From Tubiluchus corallicola (Eukaryota; Animalia; Priapulida), in NCBI GenBank assembly GCA_030141605.1, contig JAQGDQ010000147.1:62001-126000 (forward strand): a stretch of DNA of 64,000 nucleotides, given 5' to 3'. Shown piece by piece: positions 37,401 through 64,000 of this stretch. The notes under the pieces are model-generated. The model was not told where the DNA came from. It did not search any database and worked only from the letters and a program-made list of their open reading frames with translations. The stretch's first letter is position 1. The number at the start of each line of letters is the position of its first letter. The translations under genes and the position numbers were made by a program.

Positions 37401-38392
37401 GGTGTCTGGAGACATAAATCCCAAATAGATCTCTCTTTATACAAATGTCTAGCATTTAGCAGTCAGCCGGAAAGCAAAAACTTAAATAATAATTGTACTG
37501 TTTTAGGTTACTAGTATGTTTTTAGAGCAGAATAATGCAATGTGTCCTATTTTAATGCTTCAAATAAGGTAATAATGTTGTTGATAAAATAAAAAATGGC
37601 TTTGAGCAATGTAAGAAAAATTGTCGTTAAAGTGAAACATGCGTCATTAAGTGAGAAAAAGGTGTCAAATGTTCAGCCCTCGTTAAAGCGAAACATTGCT
37701 GATCGGGATATTTAAGCACAAGCCAAAATTTTTATACATTAGTTTGCAAAAAACAAATTCAAAGTCTGAAAACAAAACTTACAACAGACCAGACTTTTTT
37801 GTTCTTCTATAATTTAGTTGTGTGTTAGCAGTTTCTTTTCAAAATTTCATTAAATTTCGAGAACGAAAACTTTACTTAATAAGGAATTTAGCCCGTCACA
37901 GATAATGGGTAAGTGTATGTATCCGTTGGGAAGGAGTTAAGGTAAAAATGCATCTTTCCAGACTTACACAGAATGTGATTATAATGTTGTCTGATTGAAA
38001 ACACAAAAGTAGTGGTGCTCTAAAATTATTAATAATCTGGTCAAAACCAAGTCATTTGGTAATGTTACTAGTACATAATGGTATATCAGAATTTATTTTT
38101 GTTAGTGTGGTTGAAATTTAACATTTCAGAAGCGGCACTGTTGCTAGATTTGTTTCAAGCTTTGGCAATGAAAATGAGCGTAATCGATACAAGTCACCAA
38201 AGGGCATTTCTTGTCTCTCAGTACACCATTTTTAAGACACAGATGTCAAAAGCTCATGACAAAATTGTTTTTGAGGGCGGAGATTTCTTTGTGGAGGAAA
38301 ACCAAGAGGATCCATCCAGCAGTAGAGGAAAGCTTTCGTCACTTAATCCTCTTTCTATACCCAGTGATTTAGTTAATCCACCTCATCAATAG
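31474..38392 (+). CDS. SNAPC2: snRNA-activating protein complex subunit 2 (SNAP45), about 254 aa; coding exons 31474-31610, 32896-32956, 34501-34549, 34674-34729, 35255-35320, 35621-35753, 38130-38392
   Basis: Spliced product MKPPKR...WTVVEKKAVL...RSTSEVERFI...APIEEWLQL...VSWPKLYTYL...EAALLLDL...LNPLSIP parallels recalled human SNAPC2 motifs (MKPPPR, WSAREK, RSEAEI, APIEVW, VDFEKIYKYL, ESAVVLDL, LNPFLVP). All introns GT-AG and phases add to 765 nt; AATAAA at about 38414. Exon 4 acceptor could alternatively be 34686. Confidence 0.88.
31880..32838 (+). mobile_element. Non-autonomous Tc1/mariner (pogo/Tigger-like) DNA transposon, 959 bp, in a SNAPC2 intron
   Basis: TA|CAGTAGGCACCTCTTAATAGACTCAC ... 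GTGAGTCTATTAAGCGGCACCTACTG|TA: imperfect 26 bp TIRs, TA target duplication; residual EKIKQPTLKEFL* at 32498-32536. Confidence 0.88.
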
Positions 38393-39001
38393 TACGTTAT
38401 TTCAGTTTATTTGAATAAAAAAAAACACATACAGTAATCTAGCAAAATTTAATGCATATAGATTTTCAACTATTTAAGAATTTTTACTTGATCATTTGAA
38501 CGAAAAAGCACGTAATTTTACAAGAGGTACATATAAATTTGTATGCATGCAAAATTCAATGCATATAAATTTATAAGTATTTAAGAATTTTTGCTTTGAA
38601 TGAAATTTGAATGAAAAAGATGACTTTCAGTTGCATTTATATGAGTAAAAAACGGTGCATTTTACAACATTCCAGTTACCTGTACATGATACTTACAAAT
38701 TTATCATATTCCACTGACATATTCCATTCAAATACGCTCAATTGATTACGAATTATGTGCTACTACTCTTAAGGTAGAGCAGTGTTGCAAAATATTGTGC
38801 AAACAACCTCAAAAACATATATGTGATTGAGAAAGAGACAAGCAGTTGTCCCATCTAGGAAGCAGGGAATATAGAAATGAACAAAATTCAATACAACATT
38901 ATTAAAAACTGTCTAAATAAAAATCTAATCTACCTAAATCCATAACTGTCCCACAGCGACTTTACTGTGTAATACTAATAATGTTAATTTATTTCAGAGT
39001 G

Positions 39002-52481
<13,480 letters not shown>

Positions 52482-52679
52482 TGTAATTTTTCTCTGGTCA
52501 TCAAATACTTGTAGTTACAAAGCCAGAAAAATCACAGCAATTTGTAATGGAGTTGGCTGAAGCCCGAGGTTTCCCTACAAACCATTTCAGCTGCCTAAAT
52601 AAATAATTTGAAATCATGAATCTCATATTTTATATATTCACATTCGTTGCTATAAAAGTGCTTCATCACCAGATTATTA

Positions 52680-52890
52680 TCAAAGTGAGACCTCTTGGCA
52701 TTACCGATCTAAGACTAGTGCAGTAATCTACAGTGCCATTCCTCAGGGCTCTAATTTGTGACCTTTGCTGTTGTTGATGACAGTGAATGAATTGCCAGAT
52801 TATATACAATGTAAACTTGGACTTTTTGCAGGTGATTAAAAATTATGGTCATTCAAAACAATACTATCTGTGCTAAATTTCAAGAAAATT
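52680..52890 (+). mobile_element. CR1-type RT fragment
   Basis: Reads AIPQGSNL*PLLLLMTVNELPD...LFAGD*K, a decayed GVPQGSVLGPLLF...NDLP...LFADD. Confidence 0.65.
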
Positions 52891-52949
52891 CACTCCTTAT
52901 GAATTGCTATTATAATAATTAATATCAGAACAAATAGATCTAGTAATAT

Positions 52950-53880
52950 ATAAAGTAGACATAATTGTAAATAATAATAGGCGTGACAAAAACACACGAA
53001 CTTGTGCCAGAGCCTTTACATTTCACCATCAACATCATTTACTCGTCCCGTCTCTTGCTGAAGCCGATTTATGAGAATATTCCAGTTTCTTCTACTTTCA
53101 GCTAACAAGTTCATGCCAAATCATGGGCTCCTAATATTTTTTTAAAAAAATAAGCTAACCTAAAATTAAATTTGGTTGAGTTGTTGGACACTTCTACTTA
53201 TTTTAGCTATCCAAAGTGTTTTTGTTTGCCAGGTAGTTTTTCGCAAGTTTGTAAATCCTTCCCTGATCTTTAAAAAAGTTTACAATTTTATACAAGTATT
53301 TCTACAATTTTTTGTTTTTCAATGACAGAAATCTTTGACAAAACTTGACACATTACAAATTTGTTGGAAAGTATTCTGCTATTGGCGTTAGCTACGATGA
53401 AAGAGTGTTATCTGTTTTGTTGATATTTACTTGACACAGTTCACATGATGTGATGTAACATTAATTTTAATTAATTAATTTTACATAACTTTAATTTCAC
53501 ATTAAAAGAAAGCTTATTCTTTATGTCTGCTAGATACTAAATTATGAAATTCTTCTTTTAAAACTAAAAGTTAGCTAGATGTTATGTAATGACTATGTAA
53601 TGTAAAATTCATTTGTATTGCACACTACATATGACTACATCATTTTGAGACATATGACGTTAGCCGCAGTGTTAGCATTTGCTCATAAAATACCTTTAAA
53701 ATACATTAAAATTTAAAATACCTTAAATAATTAATTAATTGTAAAAAGTACACAAACAAATGTGTTTTATGTTGTTGTGAAAAAGAATTTAATGTAGAGC
53801 TTACACTATAGCAACAAGTAAGTAATTCTAGATACGTTTTCTTTCATTCTTTTGTGATGATTAATTTTTGCTTTTTCTTC
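52950..53880. promoter_or_regulatory. Putative bidirectional promoter between TMEM161 (-) and WDR59 (+)
   Basis: Head-to-head start codons at 52481 and 53909, about 1.4 kb apart; inferred from geometry, TSSs not located. Confidence 0.5.
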
Positions 53881-53908
53881 TAGTTTTAGCACTTTTTAAA
53901 CTACCATA

Positions 53909-56900
53909 ATGGCAGGCAGAGGTTGGAGCACAGAAACCGTGGTTGCTGAGTATCGTGACCTGCAGGCTACTGCAATGGCTGTTGATTGTACTGGACAATA
54001 TGCTGTGCTTGCTGGGTATGTGAGTTAAATATTAGGTCTTCATCAATTTTTTCGTAAAATGCTAAGAAGTTATTAGCTTTACAAATTGCAAAACATGTGG
54101 TGAGCCTGTGTTTGCGTAATTTTTTTAGATGTTAGCACTTAATGTACTATATTAATTTTTACTGCCGTTTTTTTTTTGTTTATGAAAAGTGAAACTCACA
54201 ATATTTTAGGCGTAAGCAGTTAGCCATTGTTAACCTGGATGACCCTCTTGAACAAATCAAACGTATTTCTCGGCAGAGCAAGTATGAAGTCAGTGTTGTG
54301 CAGTGGAATCCGCATTTTTCACATAAAGATATTTTTATCACCGCTGTAAGTTGAATATGAGTTTTTCAATCCATAGTGTAATGAATTTGAGTTTCAATGT
54401 ACATAGGTATATTTTTGCTCTTTCTTTATTGGACTTAAACTTTTTATAGCACTGTGGTGTTAGTCAACAGTATTGCCGATATTGCTACACATCAATGTTT
54501 ATGCAGGTACCAAAAATCACACTCGGCTACCTTTTCTATTATGCCCACTGGTTACCTAGGTACTCAATTGTTAACATTCAGTGACAGTGAAGAAATTGAA
54601 ATTATTCTTGTTGACAATATAAAACAAGCACTAGTGCACTTCAACTAACTGCATTATTATTTTAACGATATACATTCATTTATTACATGCTGAGGGCTTG
54701 AAGACAGGAACTATGAGTCAAGATAGTTAGTGTTTTGCCACACATGACAAATGACTGAGTTTTTGCTCTTATCAGCTAGACTTCTTAATTACTTATATTG
54801 CACGATTTGTCAATGAATCAGCTACATTAGCCTAGGACCTTGATACCATGCTAAGCACTTTAAATGCTGTGTGTAAGGATTAGGGGACTATATAATAATT
54901 TGTGTTATCCTTTTTGTATGCAAACCATTTATTTGCACCTTTGTTAGTGGTCATAAGTGTTTAAATGTTAATAACAGACAATTTCATTTAGATGGTCAAC
55001 CTTTTGGTAAGGAAATCATAGTTTGTTTTTTGTAGGTCACCCCAACAGCATAAGTGATGCTTGCAACTGATAGAGATAATCGCTTTTAACTTACCCATGC
55101 TTTCATACAGTAATTCTAATAATAAAGACCAACGTGTTTGATTTTAATGTCTAACATCTAATGTATTTGAGTTTAGGCTGGCATTGTGCACTAGAGAAGT
55201 TGTTTTCAATAAACAGGCATGATGCACTGACTGTGCAGCAGTTAATAGTTTGCTAGTAGGTACCTACTGTAAAAATTATCAGCCGAAGGTGGTGTTATAT
55301 CATGGATATCATATTAGCAATAATGTCTGCATTTTCATTTTTGAAACCCACTCGTTTATCAGCTCGTTTAGTTAAAAATGTGTGCAGTTATTCGGGTACC
55401 CAATGGAAACACCACATAGTTGCTCATACGATCATAAAGTACTCATTTTTTATTCTAAAATAAATTACACAATATAATGTTTTTTGTGACTTTTTGTTAA
55501 TTATATGTGATCTGTTCTAGTGATTTAAAGCAAAAACCAACCCTTCAATGAACAGTCGTTGTATTTTAATATACACTCAAAAATGACCACATAATATTAT
55601 ACATGCATAAAATGCCTTGATTAAAAATGTACAAGAAATTTAAATAATTCATATCTCTTGCCAAACAAGCCCTGTTACAGGCACATTTGAAAAAATTAAC
55701 GTATGCTAGTGGACAACATAAAAACATGCGTAGCAGCACGAAAACATGCGCCACTCAGAAATCCCGCTGTGCTAGCTGATTAAATCTCTGTGTTGTTTAA
55801 CTATGTTTATGTAAAAATTAGTTAATTATCAGTAACTTTAAAGTGTTTACGTAGCTTTAATCCACAGGATTGTGCCTCAAAATGCGTAAGTAAGACACAT
55901 AATATGATTACTGTGGAATTCTGTAAGGTTGCGAGTACACAGAAGGTGCTGAGCGATTTACTTACCTAGTACAGCTCAGTTTTAGCTTGGTAAAATAATT
56001 ATTATCGTACTTTGTTGACATTAACTTGCGGAGTTGGCTATTATTATATTATTGTGGATAACTGGTTTTCATTAAATAATAATAGGTGGCAGCATTCATC
56101 AAAAAGCAAAAAAATGATATTATTAATTCTTGTTTAACATTTTGGATTGTTTATAGTTGGTAATAGTAACTATAGGTGCAAAAGAAGTGCGCTTAAGCAC
56201 CTAGCAAGATAAGTGTTTATTTTGCACAGTAACCGATTGATGCCATTTTTCATGCAAAATTGGATCGACCAAATGGAAGTGTTCAAGACCTTGAATTGAT
56301 TTTACTAATTACACCAAGCACTTATCACAATTTTATTACTGAAACTTTCTAACATTTTTCTAATATATTTAAATAAATTGAACTTCCCGAGAAACTTGGA
56401 TTTTGCTTTAATAAGTGTACTGTGCTAATATGACTGGTAACATTACACCAAGCACCTATCACAATTTTATTACTGAAACTTTCTAACATTTTTCTAATAT
56501 ATTTAAATAAATTGAACTTCCCGAGAAACTTGGATTTTGCTTTAATAAGTGTACTGTGCTAATATGACTGGTAACATAAGAACTATATGTTGTGAATTTT
56601 TTTTTTAATTTGAATGTGAAGCCAACCAAAAACGTTAGACTTCATCATCTGCATTGTGGTTTTTCAATCTTGGGGTGGGTCGCAAAGCAAATTTTGTGGG
56701 GTCGCGAGCATTTGCTTGCTATGTAAAAAAAAACTGTACAATGTCATTAACTTCCTACACTCAAAATGATAAACTGAGTGGATCTCTGGCAACTTTAAAA
56801 TTACTAGAAGAGAGTGGCTGCTAAATGTTTCACCGTGTTGCCTCGTCTGAATGCGGATTTAGAAATCTCCCAATGCAAAGATAGTGAAGTGGACAATCTT

Positions 56901-59900
56901 TCTTGTGAAATAACGAGTCATATTCAGCCACTCATTGAAGAGTTTGAATACCACTTTCCTTCCTGAGCTGGCTGTGCAGTCTTTTGCAGTGGTACTAATC
57001 CCTTTCAAAACTCTACTGAACTCAATTTCTGGTGAAGAGGATACCACTCAGGAGGAGCTTGTCCAGCTGCAGCAAGATACAGGAGCGAAGGTTCTTGTGC
57101 AGTCACTTACACCGCCATCATTCTGGTTGAAAATGTTCCTTCATGCCCAACCTTGGCAAGTCATGTCATCAAAGTTTTCATGTCTTATCCTTCATCCTAT
57201 TTGTGTGAACAGTCATTCTCAACTATGGTGGTTGTCAAAAACAAGTACAGAAATCGACTACACTTGGAACACAATATGATTCTGGCATTGTCGGCTACCG
57301 TACCTTGAATCGAGAAGTTGGTCTCTCAAAAGCAAGCTCATCCCTCTCATTGATTACACGCTTGCTATAACTAACTGTTATTATTTAAAACATTTTTTAA
57401 AACTTTTAAAGCAAATATTTGCCAATAGTTATAAAAAGGCCTTTTGATGCACATATTCTCATCTCTTTAATAAGTATCAAAGTTAGTTTCAAATGGTTGG
57501 GCAGCTGATGCAATTGGGTCCTCATCAGAGAAAGGTTGAAAACCACTGATCTACATTATATTACTGGGTTACTTCTGTCTTTAAAGGGTTATGTTTTTAT
57601 CCTTAATAATGGACATTTTGGTTTGTGAACTTTATTTCAGAGTAATCAGCGTGCAGAGATTTCTGTTTGGCAGGATGATCAACTTGTACCACAAGGATCT
57701 CTACGTGCTCATACTCGTGCCATCAGGTAAGAAAATTTTAAAAATGCACCACTGGCTTAAATTATTTCTTTTTTCTTTGCAATGCATCTCAATAGGTCAA
57801 GTGCAATATGCTGTTAAGAGTACCTGATGACATTTGGTCCTACCTCTACTAAAATTTCTATTCAAGGTAACAGAAGCTAGGTGAAAAGCAGAGTTGTCTT
57901 GTCAGCTTAGCAACTAAAGTTGAGCAATGTCAAGCCTGCTTGTAAGTGGGTTGGTGATTGCTAAAAAATCTTTGGACAAATCATCTGCCATGTTGCCGTT
58001 GGTTGCCCATTCCTTGCCATTTCTTCGAGAAATAATCTTTGATAATTAGAAGTTCCATTACTATCACAACCATCTACATTAAGCAGGCCTCGCTGCTCAG
58101 TACTGAATTTTTGCAGACTAGCAAACTGTATAAAAGTGTTAGACAAATTAATACCTGCCATTCAAATGAACTTCTCAAAGTGTTGTAATGAAAAACATCA
58201 TAAGCAGCATTATTGTGCTACTATGTACTGAACAACTTACCAATCCTGACCAACTGACAAATTAGAGTTATGTGTATGCTAGTTGATAGTCATTTTTATT
58301 ATTTTTGTATCTATGCATGATATTTTCACAAGTACTTTTCGAGCCAAACTTTACTGTTTTGTACACTGAGTCGTTCAGAACAGTGCCTGAGTATTAATAC
58401 ACAAGAAAGAGCTTGTAATAATAAAAAATCATAGTCACTTTGCAGTTGCAAACTCCAATTGTATTTAACATGTGTGCTAAGAAACAAATTGAAATTTATA
58501 TTTGTTTCTGAAGGCTAAGCCTACGTTCATCCAAAACCTGAATTCTTGTTGATTATCAAGACTATTTCGGAGATGAGATGCTGAAATGGGGGAGGTATGT
58601 TAACCATACCTGGATGAAAAAATAATGTCAAAATTTAATTGATTTGCGTAAAACGTCTAATGTCACTTTTGTCTTGTGTGTTTTATGTGCATTTTTAAGT
58701 TTTTTTGTAGAAACATGTACAGAGTTTGTATACAACCTTCTTATTCACCTACTGCCCTTTGAGCTAAATAATATAAACTGTAGTTATATATTATTTAGCA
58801 GCAGTTCTATTATAAATAAGAAATGACTCAATACTTATTTCAGTGATTTGGACTGGTCTGCATTTGATCCGAACAACTTAGCAACATGCTCTGTGGACAC
58901 TTACATATACTTGTGGGATGTGAGGTGAGAGCAAAATTTCTTCAAAATGTTCAAGTTTTTGAAGCCTGAAAGTTGTGAAATTTCACTGCCTTCACAGTAT
59001 GAAGAAACTTCGTGCACACTGGACACTCGTTAATTCATCATCGCATCCTCCGCTCGAGTGTGTATGCGGGGCCACCCCATGGTGCATAGCCCAATGTGAA
59101 CGAATTTGTCTAACTGGCTTTAAACCATACCTGATGGCAACCTACAATATCTAAAACTGACTGACACTGTACTAATGAAAATATAGACACAAGAAATGTG
59201 GGCCTTTAATAACAGTTGCGTTTGAATGAGATGCTGATTTTTTGCAAACACAAAAATAATGAAATTAAACCATTTTTTATGTTTGCCATAGGTTTGAATT
59301 AATAAATTTTTTTGGTCACTGTTTCACTTTGTATGTTTATTCGGTTAATGCTGGTGTAAATATTAAATTTAATTGTGGTAAATGATGCATTTGGTAATTT
59401 TCATTTCATTCTAGGGACACTCGAAAGCCGACTATCTCCCTCTCTGCAGTTGGTAAGTAGAATAAAATATTTGAGCCACTTCACTGATGTAATATTTTTT
59501 GTTAACAAAGTTTACATTGTGCAATTTGATGTTAAAGTAAATTTCTAAGTTACATTTGCTCATTTGTCCTTTTTTGGGGGAAATCTGGTGTCAAACTTGT
59601 TTGTTCGTTTCTGCATTATTAATGGTGGTTCATTGTCTTCAACAAATTGCCGTCATATTATATTACATTATATTAACCTATTCCAAGCTATCATTGATCT
59701 TTGCGTCCAGAAGGTTTGTAGGTCTATTCGTCATTCTGCACTGTGATATAATTTATCATTTTAGCTGGAGCATCACAGGTGAAGTGGAACAAGATTTCTT
59801 CTAACTTTCTTGCTTCTGCTCATGATGGAGATGTTCGCATTTGGGATCAAAGGGTATAAGCCATTATCATAAGACTTAGTTCATAGAAATATTATAACTT

Positions 59901-62884
59901 TTGGAACTTGCGAACAACATTAGTTATTAAACAACTTACTAAGACTAACCTGCTTCTAGTGCAGTTTTTTGAATAACATGGGTTACTTTGACTGTTTCTT
60001 AGAATGCTCCGTAGTTAAAAACCAGTCGTGGTTATATCCTCTAGGTGCCGCTGACTCAGGGAGTTTATGTGAGACGTTTACATGCCATACGCACATAGGC
60101 GTAGCTATCCCATTAAATACAATGTTTGCTGAATAAGGCACATTGTATTTAGTTATTGGTCTAGTGTAGTTGTGTTTGGACAACTATATTTTTTAAATAC
60201 GACATATTGCATTCCTTGTAATATTCTTTTTTAAGGTTTTTGGTTTTAGGGTTTGAGGTTGTTGAATGCGGATTGCTTTTGTTATAGTTCATTGTGTTGG
60301 AATTTCAGAAAGGAACAACACCTGTTCAATATATAGCTGCACATTTATCAAAAATTTATGGTTTGGATTGGAGTCCCGTGCAAGAATATTCTCTTGCTAC
60401 ATGTAGCCAAGATTACAATGTTAAGGTAACAATTTTGTGTTAAGGCTAACAGCATTTTTGTGGAGGAGGTTCCTGTTTAGTCAACATTTTTCATGAAAAT
60501 TGGCAATTAATTTGAATGTCAAATAGACTGCCTGGGAGTACCAATGGTATAGTTATTTTTTTCAGCATTTGTCATAACATTTTCAAAAGCTAAGTTGTAG
60601 CCTTGTCTTTTTTCATTGTCACCTGTTACCTGAATAATATGAAATTCTAAGTCAATATCTTCGCAGTGTTCGCTTCAAATATGTGACTCAACATTTTTTT
60701 ATTGTTACTTTTACCAGTTTTAATATTTAAACCGGAAATTAATTTCTGTTTAGAATATAGTTAGACTATTGATGAGCCGCTGCATATAGCCTTCTACGCA
60801 TATTTTACAGTCGATCGTTAGCTTTTTATTTGACTTAAAGTCTGTTTACAGCAAACACAATTTTCTTACAGCTGTGGGATGTATGTAATCCACGGAAAGC
60901 TGAACACACTATATCTTCTGGTGCTCCCGTGTGGAGAGCTCGGTTCATAGTAAGTATTGCTATCTAATATTCCTGTGACTTATGAAAACGTAACGCAGTC
61001 ATACTTTTCTTGATATCTTAGCTTGTCTGTGGTTATATAACTTTTTTGTAATACGAGTTGCCTTTGCCTTTTGTGAAAATTATTTATGGTGTTTTGTGCC
61101 ATTTTTATTTGAACTTGCACTTTTTGAGATATACAAAAGCAGCAATTTTAAACCTTTCATTAAATTATAAAAAACTGTATGGTACCACTTTTGATGTGTT
61201 TTTCTTATACACTTATTTCATCCATTAATGCTGCTAAGCATCACACAAACACTGTGATAGGTTATGAATTTCTATCATTGACTGTTGCTCTTTCAAAGCT
61301 CAAAAGTAAAGTGAGAAGTAAAAAAGTTTTGCATTATAAAGTTTCGTTGAGTACTATTCTCGTCACCCATCAAGTGTAACGACGGTTGTGCACCCGTCGC
61401 CTTAATCTGAAAATTGTAATAGCTAAACCTGCCCTTTGTCTTGCTTCCAAAAACCTTGTTGATAAATGTGATACTCGGTCATGTACTTGGGTTTGAACTT
61501 TAGCTTGTAGCATGAATCCTAATGTACCACCTTGTATGCATTTTACCACTCAAAACTTTCATCTGCTATAATCATTTTTTAATTTTTTAAATGTTATCAA
61601 ATACTCTGCTGAAGTGGCAAAGCTTGTCAATATCTTTGCATTTTTAGAATTTCGTTGAGAGTCAGACAGCAATCTAAAATGGCATATCCATTTTAAATAA
61701 GTATCGAAATTTTGTTGTCGTTCAAATTTTTATGTGCTTTAAAACTGAGTAAACACTTTGCAATGTGGAAACACACTTCTGAGACTTGCACTAATCAAGT
61801 AAGAGTAATGATACAATGTTAAGTAGGAAGATATTAAGGGCACTATATTCCTCACCTGATAGGTAGTCAGTGGTGAATTTTTAGTTATAATATAGTCATT
61901 GCTAGTACAGTGTTTTTCTATATTCTTCCAGCCATTTGGCCAGGGTCTTGTCACAGTGGTGGTTCCACAGCTTCGGCGTGGTGACAACAGTTTATTATTG
62001 TGGAACGTCACGGACTCGACAGCTCCTGTTCACACATTCGTGGGCCATACTGATGTCATACTAGAATTTCAGTGGCGAAAATCAGAGGGTAAAATATTGT
62101 TTATATCCGGCTTGTCGAAAATGACAGTGTTGAAAGTATTGTTTTTTGTATTTAGAGCTTAGCATGATAATAATATTGTCATAATTTATGTCATTGAAAT
62201 AATCATTGTTATTCTCGTGAAAGAGAAAATATCTTTACGTTTCATCGTAAACTGTAATTTAAAGTTTTTTTGTGTATGTCGTGAATTAAGATGTGAAAGG
62301 TTGCCTTAAATTCTTTCAGAAGCTGCAGACTTTCAATTGGTTACCTGGTCTAAAGATCAAAGCCTAAGAATCTGGAAAATAGAACCACATTTGCAAAAGG
62401 TAAGTAACCTTATAAAGTTGTTTGTAACTCAGTACATCAGAGACAGTTAACTGGTACTCATATTGCATCAATGACACAAATTCGTTTTTTAAAGCAAAGT
62501 GATCTTAAATTTGTGCCAAAATATTGTCTGAATACGAGCTGATATATTAATCATTCACTGTTTTAATTAAGAATGTAAGCTAATGTGCAGTATTTTATCG
62601 CGAGCAAAATTTTTGTGTTGCAGTTATGTGGATATGACACTCAGAATGATTCAGGAAATGAGTTAGAAACTCCTGGCATAATAGATATGGTTTCTGAATC
62701 AGGAGCTGAAACACTGAGTGTTGCTTCACGGGATTTTAAAGAAACAGATGGCACACCGTTTTCTGCAACGCCACCATCGACACCCAAAGTTGTCACAGAT
62801 GCGCCATCTCTTGGCCAACCGAAAACACTGCAGCAAGAGTTTGCTCTAGTCAACATGCATATTGATAATGTGATTTTCGGCAAT
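53909..62884 (+). CDS. WDR59: GATOR2 complex WD-repeat protein WDR59, 5' part; coding exons 53909-54015, 54210-54345, 57641-57726, 58844-58924, 59415-59452, 59765-59853, 60309-60425, 60872-60949, 61932-62088, 62320-62399, 62624-62884; continues beyond the window
   Basis: Spliced MAGRGWSTETVVAEYRDLQATAMAVDCTG...RQSKYEV...WNPH...AHTRAISDLDW...AGASQVKWNK...AHDGDVRIWD...IAAHLSKIYGLDW...PVWRARFIPFGQGLVTVVVPQLRRG...FVGHTDVILEFQWR...QLVTWSKDQSLRIW...TLQQEFALVN matches WDR59; GT-AG with consistent phases. Confidence 0.95.
56308..56575. repeat. Tandem duplication, 2 x 134 bp
   Basis: 56308-56441 and 56442-56575; one visible mismatch (GCACTTATC vs GCACCTATC). Confidence 0.95.
56655..57548 (+). mobile_element. 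hAT (Buster/Charlie) internal-deletion derivative retaining the transposase C-terminus
   Basis: SSYLCEQSFSTMVVVKNKYRNRL...LALSATVP*IEKLVSQKQAHPSH* (hAT dimerisation domain); right TIR GGTTGAAAACCACTG, degenerate left TIR; 8-bp TSD ATCTGCAT / ATCTACAT with central TA. Confidence 0.85.
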
Positions 62885-64000
62885 GTGAGTTCGATAAATA
62901 TGCTTTTGCTGTTTTTGTTGCCTTTAATATTAACATAGGTGTCTTAGAGACTTGTTTGTAATTTAGGAAAGTTTTTGGTCAAAATTTGGCTGTAGAAACA
63001 GAAGCATTTATTATTCTTTTTTGACATTGACACTGTAGATTTGCCATAATATTAGTTTGAAATTTGCATAAAACCCATGCTCTTTACTGATTTTGCATTT
63101 GAAAGTTGTTATCTTTCGCAGTGATAACTGAAATGGCACAACATGCATAACAATTCCATTCATCTTTGTTTTTATTAAAATGTTCTTTTTAATACCCCAG
63201 TTCATTGTTCTATCTGTTTGTACTTATTTTATTCAATGCGATATTTCTCACATATCACAATTGTAAGCAGAACTCTTTGAAGTGATGTGTTCTGTGGTTA
63301 TGTGCATGAATAATGTCATTGACGAACCACATGACCACGTAAAAATGTTATTACGAAAATGTAAACATTTAATTTCTGCAAATAATGGTAGCAAAATTAG
63401 TGTGTGCAAACTAAGCAATCCCAAACTTAATATGCATGATGTTTACTTTACACAATCTAATATTAATGAAACTAATCAGATTTTCTCGGGACTAGCACTT
63501 GGCTTTCTGCTCACAGCATCTGCATTGAGACAGGCAGGTGGTTGAAGACCAATGGACTATAAATTATGTGTTTTTGTAATGGCAAGAATTTGCCTGTTCA
63601 GCCCAAGTTTCATGCTTTATGATGTCACCACTATAGACAGAAGGTTTATGCATCCTTCAACTTTGATAGTTTGCAATCAACTTTTAAGCATAAAAATGCT
63701 AATGCTAATTCTAGCTTTAATGCAATAGCTGAAATTCTCTGCATACATATTTAACTGTGGTGTTTTATGATGTGTTGGTAATTGCACATTGTAATTTGTA
63801 CATCGATTATGGTGTGTTAACCCACGATGTATGATTTTTGTAATTGTTAGCTAAAATTATGTAAATCAACATACGAAATTCAGTTCAATTCACTGCCAGT
63901 TCTACTGTACATGATAGTCTTATGTAACTGAAAACTTAGAAATTTTTCCACGCTAAACATGTTTAGTGAACATTTAATTTCACTCAACTGTAAAGCATTA

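Overview
AT-rich animal (invertebrate-like) nuclear DNA with spliceosomal introns; no prokaryotic features. Left to right: (1) a minus-strand ubiquitin-specific protease (peptidase C19) with a hydrophobic N-terminus, nearly all in one exon; (2) LINE/MITE debris; (3) a complete, very young Ty3/Gypsy LTR retrotransposon (about 9871-14187, minus strand) with 160 bp identical LTRs, one gag-pol ORF, a YLDN RT motif, and a 16-nt sequence complementary to its own LTR where a tRNA primer-binding site should be (self-priming candidate); (4) a CpG-enriched, probably bidirectional promoter with a perfect CLEAR/E-box palindrome; (5) a full ABCA transporter (ABCA5-like) with no introns in its 5.1 kb CDS; (6) SNAPC2 (+, 7 coding exons); (7) TMEM161 (-, 12 coding exons, one U12-like intron); (8) WDR59 (+, first 11 coding exons, continuing out of the window). 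Introns hold four copies of a pogo/Tigger-like non-autonomous transposon (one split by a 2.7 kb TTAA-flanked element, two inverted around TMEM161 exon 2), a hAT/Buster deletion derivative and CR1/L2 fragments. Exon structures were read by hand from GT/AG sites and phase; gene names come from recalled family similarity, not database searches.
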